Of a DNA stretch of 64,000 nucleotides, positions 20,940 through 28,772 are shown piece by piece. Below the pieces are notes generated by a model that saw only the letters and a program-made list of their open reading frames with translations, was not told the origin of the DNA and made no database searches. Source of the stretch: Myxococcota bacterium (GTDB lineage Bacteria > Myxococcota_A > UBA796 > CAJQPC01); NCBI GenBank assembly GCA_036012755.1, contig DASCPX010000059.1, positions 96,001-160,000 of the forward strand, in the 5' to 3' direction. The translations under genes were made by a program, and so were the position numbers. The first letter of the stretch is position 1; the number at the start of each line of letters is the position of its first letter.

Positions 20940-22486
20940 GCCTCCCGCGTGTCGTGGTCATCGGCTCCGGCATCGGGGGCTCGGCGGTGACGCTGGCGCT
21001 CGCGCACGCCGGCCTGCCGGTGACCCTCGTCGAGAAGAACCCCCTGATCGGCGGCTCCTGCAGCTTCTACGAGAAAGAAGGCTGGCAGCTGGATGTGGGC
21101 ACCCACCTCTTCAGCCGCGGTGACGAGGGTCCTCTCGGTGACCTGCTCCGGAGGGTCGGAGCCCCCGGCGCGATCCAGTTCCGCCGCACCCGCGACATCG
21201 CGGAGCTGCGCGTCGCGACGCAGACCAGCGCCCTCGACCCGATCCCGGTGCCGGCCTCGGCTGCGCGCTTGCCTGCCTTCGCCTGGCGGGTCTGTCGCGC
21301 GATGCGACTGGGGCCCCTCGAGGCCGCGCGTGCGGCCTGCCTGTTCAGCGTGATCCTGGCGATGTCGGACGAGGACATCAGGGCCTGGGACCAGCGCACG
21401 GTCGAGGACTTCCTGGAGCCCTTCGGCCTTCATGACGCCGTCTGCGGGCTCTTCGGCTTCCTGCTCGGGCTCTACTTCGTCGTGCCCTACTGGGAGGCCA
21501 GCGCCGGCGAGGCCATCTGGTGCTTCCAGAAGATGGTCCGCGCGAACCAGCTCAGCTACCCCGTCGGGGGCTCCTTCGCCGTGCCCGGGACCTTCTGCAG
21601 CCTCGGACAACAGCGCGGGGCCGTCCTGCGGACCGGAGCCGGGGTGTCACGGGTGCTCCTGGGCGATGGCGCGGTCCGCGGGGTGGAGCTCTCCACCGGC
21701 GAGGTGCTGCCCGCGGACGTGGTGGTGTCGACCTCGTCGCTGCGCACGACGGTCCTGCACCTCGTCGGCGCCGAGCACTTCCCAGAGGCCTACGCCCGCA
21801 GAGCCCGGGCCATCCGCGGCTCCTCCATCGCGGTCCAGGTGAAGATCGCCCTGCGCCGGAAGCTGGTCTCGGCCGGAGCGCTGGTCGGTGGGGTCGGCAA
21901 GGTCGACGACATCTTCACCCTGGACGCCGAGCGCCTGAAGGGTCTCTACGAGGACGTCGCCGAGGGACGAGTGCCCGAGTGCGTGCCCTTCTACGCGCCG
22001 ATTCCCACCAACTTCGACCCTTCGCTGGGCCCCGGCCAGCTCATCACGGCCTGCGCGGTAGCGCCTACGACGGACATCCAGCTGAAGGACCCGGCGGAGA
22101 TGTGGGAGGCCGCACTGATGAACGCGCTGCGAAGGGTCATCCCTGGCCTCGACGCGCACACTGTCTTCTGCGACCGCTTCTCGACCCGCTGGATCGAGAG
22201 CTGGGTCGGCAAGGAGTTCGGCCCGGCCATCTCCACCGCACAGATTCCCGGGCAGGTGGGGGAGCTACGGCCCAGCGTGGAGACGCCGATCGGTGGGCTC
22301 TACATCGCGGGGTGCGGAGCCGGCGCTCGTGGCGTGGGGACGGAGCTCGCGGCCGCCAGCGGCATGGAGACGGCGGATGCCATCCTGGCTCGCGAAGGCC
22401 GACAGACGTGGCGGCGCCGTGCTCCTCGCTCGGAGCGGCTGCTGAGTCGAGGCGCCGCGCTCTGGGGAAAGCTGGCCACTCCGTAG
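20936..22486 (+). CDS. Phytoene desaturase-like FAD-dependent oxidoreductase
   Basis: Motifs VIGSGIGG, VEKN..IGG, D.G.H, YPVGG and TPIGGLYIAG. Confidence 0.85.
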   Translation: MSLPRVVVIGSGIGGSAVTLALAHAGLPVTLVEKNPLIGGSCSFYEKEGWQLDVGTHLFSRGDEGPLGDLLRRVGAPGAIQFRRTRDIAELRVATQTSALDPIPVPASAARLPAFAWRVCRAMRLGPLEAARAACLFSVILAMSDEDIRAWDQRTVEDFLEPFGLHDAVCGLFGFLLGLYFVVPYWEASAGEAIWCFQKMVRANQLSYPVGGSFAVPGTFCSLGQQRGAVLRTGAGVSRVLLGDGAVRGVELSTGEVLPADVVVSTSSLRTTVLHLVGAEHFPEAYARRARAIRGSSIAVQVKIALRRKLVSAGALVGGVGKVDDIFTLDAERLKGLYEDVAEGRVPECVPFYAPIPTNFDPSLGPGQLITACAVAPTTDIQLKDPAEMWEAALMNALRRVIPGLDAHTVFCDRFSTRWIESWVGKEFGPAISTAQIPGQVGELRPSVETPIGGLYIAGCGAGARGVGTELAAASGMETADAILAREGRQTWRRRAPRSERLLSRGAALWGKLATP

Positions 22487-22510
22487 GTCCTCCCAACTCG
22501 AGGAGTCGCC

Positions 22511-23149
22511 ATGAACCCGTTCTGCGAGGCGGCCCGACACTGGATCGGGCCCGCCGGCCACGCCAACGACCTCGACCCTTTGCAGGGTCTGCGCTGGAAC
22601 CACCTGCGTGATCGAAGGGTCGACCTCCGCGAGTACCCCCCCTACACGGGGGGCTCCCCGGTCCCGTTGTCGGTCTCCACGATCCATGCGCTGGCCGAGG
22701 CGGACCTCGAGCCGGACGAAGTGTGCGCAGTGGGCCACGTCCTCGCGGAGCTGGTCGAAGAGCAGGACCTCCGAGTGGTGCTGCAGATGGCTCGGACGTA
22801 CGGACGCCCCGAGCCAGATGACCTCGAGCTGATAGGCACCGCCGAGCTCGACAGCCTCCCTGCCCTCGGCGTGATCTCCGTGGGTGATCACCGGTGGCGG
22901 CTGGAGTTGGACGACGACGTCTCCTGTGCCGGGCCCCACTGGAGCGATGCCTTGCTCACCTTCGAGACGCCGAGCCGAACCTGGACCGCCGAGCTCACCC
23001 CGGAATCGCCGCGCGTCCGGCTGGAGATCGACCTCCACGAGGTCGAGGCCGTGACGCTGGCGCTCTACCGAACCCGCTCGATGAGACCGGACTGGACCGA
23101 CCTGGTGGGGGCGCTCACGGTGCCGAGACGTCTCCTGCTCCGGCGCTGA
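22511..23149 (+). CDS. Hypothetical protein
   Basis: GAGGAG SD and GC3-rich codons. No recognised motif. Confidence 0.65.
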   Translation: MNPFCEAARHWIGPAGHANDLDPLQGLRWNHLRDRRVDLREYPPYTGGSPVPLSVSTIHALAEADLEPDEVCAVGHVLAELVEEQDLRVVLQMARTYGRPEPDDLELIGTAELDSLPALGVISVGDHRWRLELDDDVSCAGPHWSDALLTFETPSRTWTAELTPESPRVRLEIDLHEVEAVTLALYRTRSMRPDWTDLVGALTVPRRLLLRR

Positions 23150-23238
23150 CACCTGGCTGACAGTTCCGAGACCGGCCCCCCACGACCGGCGACCAGAACC
23201 TCAGGGGCGCGCTCCCGCGCCCCGGAAGGGAGGTCGTC

Positions 23239-24039
23239 ATGGACCTGGACAAGCTCTACGCCCCCACCTTGAGATGGGTCAACACCAACCCGGCGGACAT
23301 CGCCAGCATGCCCGACGAGCTCTTTCGGGAGCTCCTACGCGTCGCGTCTCGACAGGCCTGCAAGCGTGTCCACTACTTCGCTCGCGAGCGCGGTCGCCGC
23401 TTCGACGCCGTGTCGCCTCGGGCCTTCATCGAGGAGCTCGGCGTGGTCGACCGCTGGGTCACCTCGGCCCTGCTCGCCGACCGGGGACAGCGTGGCTGGC
23501 GTTGTTTCCGCTGCAAGAGCTGGATCAAGAAGTCCAAGCGCTGCGACTGTGGCTGGAACAAGCCCGCTCCTGGCGCCCAGTGGCTGGAGAAGGTCCTCCA
23601 CGGCGTCGAGGACGGCCAGGCTTTCGCTCGGAACGTCCACCGTCGGGTCGGCCAGGATCACGACGACGCGCTGCGTCGCGGGCCCTTCGAGGTGGCGATG
23701 CAGCACGCGAACGCCGCGGCTTCGAGCCTCGGCCTCGAGCGGGTCGAGACCCCAGAGGGAAACCGGGTCTTCGACTCCAGCCGCGAGGGGCTCCCCCGGG
23801 AGCTGACCGCTGCCGAGGTCGACTTCGTCCGGAGTCAGGTCGACAAGGCGGCGCTGTCGTGCCTCAAGCGGGCCGAACGCAGCATGGCGCTCCTGCAGCA
23901 CTTCCTGGAGCTCGACCACCTCCTCATCCCGCTCCGCGCCGTTGCTTCTCTCGACGTGGAGCTCTTCCAGACCCAGCTCTCGGCCGTGGAGCTCGAGGAC
24001 ATGGTCCAGAGCCTGCGCTCGCTCCTGCTGAAGGGCTGA
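23239..24039 (+). CDS. Hypothetical protein with a zinc-ribbon-like CxxC...CxC motif
   Basis: GGAGGT SD. Contains WRCFRCKSWIKKSKRCDCGW. Confidence 0.65.
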   Translation: MDLDKLYAPTLRWVNTNPADIASMPDELFRELLRVASRQACKRVHYFARERGRRFDAVSPRAFIEELGVVDRWVTSALLADRGQRGWRCFRCKSWIKKSKRCDCGWNKPAPGAQWLEKVLHGVEDGQAFARNVHRRVGQDHDDALRRGPFEVAMQHANAAASSLGLERVETPEGNRVFDSSREGLPRELTAAEVDFVRSQVDKAALSCLKRAERSMALLQHFLELDHLLIPLRAVASLDVELFQTQLSAVELEDMVQSLRSLLLKG

Positions 24040-24086
24040 GCGCTCGCCACCGACGAAGTCTGCGGCGACGACTGAGTCAAGACGCG

Positions 24087-24116
24087 AAAACCCCCGACCG
24101 GCGAGCCGATCGGGGG
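24087..24116 (-). terminator. Intrinsic terminator
   Basis: Hairpin CCCCCGAcCGGC-GA-GCCGaTCGGGGG followed by TTTT on the minus strand, between convergent genes. Confidence 0.7.
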
Positions 24117-24134
24117 CGAACAGCGCCGGGAGTC

Positions 24135-25136
24135 CTAAGGCGCTTCGTACTTCTCGAAGCGCCACGCGCCCTCGAGCAGCGAGGCGTTGCCGTGGGTGTC
24201 GAGGAGGTAGTCATCGTCGAGTGCGTCGACCACGTCGTTCTCGACGAACTCCAGGCCTGCGACGCACCAGCCGGTGTTCTGGGCGTGCCAGTCGTTGCCG
24301 ACCGTGCAGGGGTTCAGGTCGCCGAACTCCGGTCCGCTGTTGTTCCACTCGGCCCAGAAGTACGGAATCGCCGTGTTGGCCTGCGCGGCGATCTCCGGGC
24401 GGGTGCCCTGGAGGCCCTGGAAGCTCATGCCCTGGTCCGAGCTGGCCGCTACGAAGCCGTCGATGTAGACGTCGACGGTGCCGGAGAGGTCCAGGCCGAC
24501 TCGCACCATGCGGCCCCAGCCGTTGGTGTCGAGCTCGGCAGAGAAGGACTCGCCCCAGTCGTCGGTGGCTTCTACGAAGAGGGACTCACCGTCGCCGCCG
24601 AGCCAGATGATCACTTCGGTGCCACCGCCGCGAGCGTAGAAGGCCTCGATGCCCGCGCTGCGGTGGGTGGGCACCAGCGCCATCTCGAAGCGCAGGTTGC
24701 GCCCGTCGCCGAACTGGCTCGGCTGAAGCACGTTCTCGCGGTCGAGACCGACCATCATCAGGCCGGCTGGCTCTGCCGGCAGGACCGGGACCTTCATGGT
24801 GCCGGAGGTGACCTCGCCGGCGGAGGCGACGATCTGGATGGTCTCTCCGGGCTGGACGAGAGCCACCGACTCGGTGATCTCGACCTCGACGTGACGGCTG
24901 AAGGCGTCGAGCTCCTGGTTGTCGTAGAGCTCTTCGAACTCGGTGCCGTCGCGAGCACGGCCGCTCACGACGATCGAGAGGGCAGCGGTGTCAGCGTCAC
25001 CGTTGACCTCGCCGCACTCGATCCAGGCCGACTGGCCGCTGGTGTAGCTCTCCGGTGGCCAGCATTGGATGACGGGCAAGTTGTTGATATCGTTGTCCTT
25101 GCAGGACGTGCACGCGGCAAGCACCAAGACGAGCAT
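24135..25136 (-). CDS. Hypothetical lipoprotein with an Ig-like/LamG-like beta-rich body
   Basis: Starts MLVLVLAAC with a GGAG SD. V.VYIDG and LEGAWRFE resemble LamG-like motifs (inference). Confidence 0.65.
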   Translation of the reverse strand: MLVLVLAACTSCKDNDINNLPVIQCWPPESYTSGQSAWIECGEVNGDADTAALSIVVSGRARDGTEFEELYDNQELDAFSRHVEVEITESVALVQPGETIQIVASAGEVTSGTMKVPVLPAEPAGLMMVGLDRENVLQPSQFGDGRNLRFEMALVPTHRSAGIEAFYARGGGTEVIIWLGGDGESLFVEATDDWGESFSAELDTNGWGRMVRVGLDLSGTVDVYIDGFVAASSDQGMSFQGLQGTRPEIAAQANTAIPYFWAEWNNSGPEFGDLNPCTVGNDWHAQNTGWCVAGLEFVENDVVDALDDDYLLDTHGNASLLEGAWRFEKYEAP

Positions 25137-25188
25137 GGGTCTGTCTCCGGGTAGGGGTTTTCGCTGGCTGTAGGGACATACGGAGCGT

Positions 25189-25479
25189 TCAGGTCCAGAC
25201 GCCCATCAGCGCGTAGACGAAGACACTGGCAAGGTCCTCGTCGGCGATGGGCCAGGTCGTGATGACCGTGTTCTCTCGCCCGATGAGGAGCTGGGAGCCG
25301 AAGATGCGGTACTGGATCCAGCGCTCGCTGCGCCTGTTCTTCCTCGCGATTCGGTCCCCGAGCCTGCGCGGGATACGCACCCCCTCCCTCCAGGCTCGGC
25401 GAACCCTGTCGCGGCTGTGGATACCGAAGCGCTCTCGCGCACGATCGGCGGCGTGGTGGGTGACCCTGATCTTGTTCAT
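25189..25479 (-). CDS. Small basic protein, RelE/BECR-fold RNase-like (DUF4258-like)
   Basis: GGAGG SD. IRVTHHAADRARER at the N-terminus and TVITTW near the C-terminus. Confidence 0.5.
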   Translation of the reverse strand: MNKIRVTHHAADRARERFGIHSRDRVRRAWREGVRIPRRLGDRIARKNRRSERWIQYRIFGSQLLIGRENTVITTWPIADEDLASVFVYALMGVWT

Positions 25480-25510
25480 GACGACCTCCGCTGTCAGCTA
25501 CGGAGCCCCC

Positions 25511-27142
25511 ATGCAGCCCATCACCGAAGTCGCCGCCCGCCTTGGCCTCTCCCAAGAGGACCTCGTCCTCTACGGAAGCCACAAAGCCAAGGTGAAGCTC
25601 TCGGTCCTCGATCGACCCAGAAGCGGCCCCCCCGCAAGGCTCGTGCTGGTGTCAGCCATCACGCCGACCCCTGCGGGCGAGGGCAAGACGACCACCAGCA
25701 TCGGCCTCGCACAGGCCCTCGACATGCTCGGGGAGAAGCCCTGTCTGGCCCTGCGAGAACCCAGCCTGGGCCCCTGCTTCGGCGTGAAGGGCGGAGGCAC
25801 CGGCGGTGGCCTGTGCAAGGTCGAGCCCCACGTCGACATCAACCTGCACTTCAACGGCGACTTCCACGCGATCACCTCCGCCCACAACCTCGTGGCCTCT
25901 GTGATCGACAACCACCTCCACTTCTGGACGAAGCTCCGCATCGACCCCCGCCACGTGGTCTGGCCGCGGGTGCTCGACCTCAACGACCGGGCCCTGCGCG
26001 GCGTGACACTCGGTCTGGGCGGTCCCACCCAGGGCATGCCTCGACAGTGCAGCTTCGACATCACCGCGGCCAGCGAGGTCATGGCGATCCTCTGCCTGGC
26101 GGAGTCGCGAGAGGACCTCCGGCGTCGCCTCGACAACGTGCTGGTCGCCTACCGCCCAAAAATGGGTCCGTTGTACTTGCGGGACCTCGGCATCACCGGC
26201 GCGCTGATGGCCCTGCTCAAGGACGCCATCGTGCCCAACCTCGTCCAGACGATCGAGGGCACACCGGCGCTGTTGCACGGCGGGCCCTTCGCGAACATCG
26301 CCCACGGCTGCAACTCGGTGCTCGCCACGCGCATGGCCTCGCAGCTGGCCGACTGGGTCATCACAGAGGCCGGCTTCGGCTTCGATCTCGGGGCCGAGAA
26401 GTTCTTCGACATCAAGTGTGCGGGCGCGGGGCTGAACCCCAACGCGGTCGTGCTGGTCGCCACGGTCCGAGCGCTGAAGATGCACGGCGGTGTTGGCCAG
26501 AAGGACCTGACGACGCCGGACCCGGAGGCAGTCCAGCGAGGACTCGCCAACCTCGACAAGCACATCGAGAACGTCCAGGCCTTCGGCAAGCCGCCGATCA
26601 TCTGCCTGAACCGCTTCGGGACCGACAGCGACGACGAGATCGCCACGGTGCGGGAGCGCTGCGCGGCGCTTGGCCTGCCCTTCGCCGAGTCCGACCACTT
26701 CATGCGCGGTGGCGAAGGCGCTCTGGAGCTCGCTCGCGTGGTGGTCCAGCACACTCCGGTGGAGCCCTCTCCCTTGAAGACGCTGTATGACTGGAGCGAG
26801 CCGATCCCGGCCAAGATCGCCAAGGTGGCGGCGACGATCTACGGCGCCCGGGACGTCGTGTACACGAAGCAGGCGGCTCGTGATCTCAGGCGCCTGCGCG
26901 CCCTCGGCTTCGAGGATCTGCCGGTCTGCATCGCCAAGACCCAGAGCTCCTTGTCGGACGACCCCAAGCTGCGCGGTCGCCCGCGGGACTTCGAGATCAC
27001 GGTGCGCGGGCTGCAGGTGAACTCGGGGGCCGGCTTCGTCGTCGTGCTCACCGGTGACCTGCTGCGCATGCCTGGCCTGCCCCGGCGACCCCAGGCGCTG
27101 GACGTGGACCTCGTCGATGGCGAGATCGTGGGCATCGGTTGA
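25511..27142 (+). CDS. fhs: Formate--tetrahydrofolate ligase
   Basis: Motifs TPAGEGKTTT, REPSLGP.FG.KGG, HGGPFANIAHG, TEAGFG.DLGAEKF and MPGLP. Confidence 0.97.
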   Translation: MQPITEVAARLGLSQEDLVLYGSHKAKVKLSVLDRPRSGPPARLVLVSAITPTPAGEGKTTTSIGLAQALDMLGEKPCLALREPSLGPCFGVKGGGTGGGLCKVEPHVDINLHFNGDFHAITSAHNLVASVIDNHLHFWTKLRIDPRHVVWPRVLDLNDRALRGVTLGLGGPTQGMPRQCSFDITAASEVMAILCLAESREDLRRRLDNVLVAYRPKMGPLYLRDLGITGALMALLKDAIVPNLVQTIEGTPALLHGGPFANIAHGCNSVLATRMASQLADWVITEAGFGFDLGAEKFFDIKCAGAGLNPNAVVLVATVRALKMHGGVGQKDLTTPDPEAVQRGLANLDKHIENVQAFGKPPIICLNRFGTDSDDEIATVRERCAALGLPFAESDHFMRGGEGALELARVVVQHTPVEPSPLKTLYDWSEPIPAKIAKVAATIYGARDVVYTKQAARDLRRLRALGFEDLPVCIAKTQSSLSDDPKLRGRPRDFEITVRGLQVNSGAGFVVVLTGDLLRMPGLPRRPQALDVDLVDGEIVGIG

Positions 27143-27165
27143 AGTCCCAGAGATAGGGTCCACCC

Positions 27166-28644
27166 ATGGAGAAGAAGGGCGCCCGGCGGCACGAGCTCCT
27201 CGAGCGCCTCGAGGAGGCCGGCGGACTTCGGCCAGGCCTCGCCAGGGAGATCTCGGCCGAGACCGGCGTGCCGGAGGCCGACGTCTACGGGGTCGCCACC
27301 TTCTATGGGCTGATCGCGCGACCCGGGGCGCGGATCTGCCAGGGTCTGTCCTGCCGGCTGGCCAGGGCCGACACGCCAGAGGACATCGAGGCCGTGAGCT
27401 GCCTCGGCCAGTGTGACCGCGCCCCTGTCGCCCTGGATGGGGACATGGGCGTGCTCGGGGGCGAGCGCGGCGTGGTCCTGCCCGACGATCCGGACCTGCC
27501 GATCAACCTCGGGGGCGAGGACGACAGGAGCTTCGCGAGGCTAACGGCGGCCCGGGCGATGGGGAGGGACGCCTTCTTCGCCGAGCTGGAGGTCTCTGGG
27601 CTTCAGGGCCGCGGCGGCGCCGGCTTCCCGGCCTCGATCAAGTGGGACGCCGTCTTGCGGGAGGGCGCGGCGACGAAGCACGTCGTCGTCAACGCGGACG
27701 AGGGCGAGCCGGGGACCTTCAAGGACCGCGAGGTCATGCTGCGCCGACCCCATCGCCTCATCGAGGGCATGGCCATCGCCGCCTGGTTCGTCGGCGCAGA
27801 CACTGCCCATGTCTACATCCGCGGCGAGTTCCACCAGCCCCGTCTCCAGCTCGAGCGCGCCCTGGCCGAAGCGAAGCCGCGCCTCGGCTCGCTGGACGTG
27901 CGCGTCGTGACCGGGCACGGGGCCTACATCTGCGGCGAGGAGACCGCGCTCCTGGAGGCCATGGAGGGGCGCCGGGGCATGCCTCGGCTGAAGCCGCCGT
28001 ACCCGACCGAGGCGGGGCTCTTCGGCCTGCCGACGTTGATCAACAACGTCGAGACCCTGGCCTGCGTGCCCTCCATCGTCGAGCGAGGTGGCGCCTGGTT
28101 CCGCGAGCGTGGGCGGACGGAGCCGGGCACCAAGCTCTACTGCATCTCCGGCCACGTCCAGACCCCCGGCGTCTACGAGCTGCCCCTGGGCAGCACCATG
28201 AACGAGCTCGTCGCGGCCGCCGGCGGTCCGCTTGGGGCGCCCCGGGCCTTCTCACCAGGAGGCGCCTCCAGCGGCTTCCTGCCGATGTCGATGGCCGATG
28301 TGCCGCTCGACTTCAAGGGCCTGGTCGAGGTCGGCTCGATGCTCGGGAGCGCAGGCGCCGTCTTGCTGAACGACACGGTCGACATGGCTCGGGCGGCCAG
28401 GTGGCAGCAGGTCTTCTTCGAGGACGAGACCTGCGGCCAGTGTGCCCCCTGCCGCATCGGCTGCAGCCTCCAGCGCAGCGCCATCGACCGCTTCCTGGCG
28501 AGCCGGGATCCGGCCACCCTGGAGCACGTCGAAGAGGTCCACTGGGAGATGGAGGAGGGCAGCATCTGCGGCCTGGGCATGGTCGCGAGCCTGCCGCTGG
28601 TGAGCGCGATGAAGCACTTCCCGGAGGACTTCGGGTCGTCTTGA
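27166..28644 (+). CDS. NuoE-NuoF-like fusion (diaphorase subunit of an NAD-linked formate dehydrogenase)
   Basis: N-terminal VATFY, CQGLSC and CLGQC (2Fe-2S). Then GRGGAGFP, NADEGEPG, GAYICGEETAL, ETCGQCAPCR and SICGLG. Confidence 0.9.
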   Translation: MEKKGARRHELLERLEEAGGLRPGLAREISAETGVPEADVYGVATFYGLIARPGARICQGLSCRLARADTPEDIEAVSCLGQCDRAPVALDGDMGVLGGERGVVLPDDPDLPINLGGEDDRSFARLTAARAMGRDAFFAELEVSGLQGRGGAGFPASIKWDAVLREGAATKHVVVNADEGEPGTFKDREVMLRRPHRLIEGMAIAAWFVGADTAHVYIRGEFHQPRLQLERALAEAKPRLGSLDVRVVTGHGAYICGEETALLEAMEGRRGMPRLKPPYPTEAGLFGLPTLINNVETLACVPSIVERGGAWFRERGRTEPGTKLYCISGHVQTPGVYELPLGSTMNELVAAAGGPLGAPRAFSPGGASSGFLPMSMADVPLDFKGLVEVGSMLGSAGAVLLNDTVDMARAARWQQVFFEDETCGQCAPCRIGCSLQRSAIDRFLASRDPATLEHVEEVHWEMEEGSICGLGMVASLPLVSAMKHFPEDFGSS

Positions 28645-28772
28645 CCCGCGGGCCCTTCGTCCCAGACCGTCGAGATTCCCGGGGACGGAATCGACCAGGA
28701 CTGTGGCTCGTCCTGCTCGTCGTCCTTCCTGGGCGCCGGACAGGGGACCTGGGGCTGGTACGGTGAAGGACC

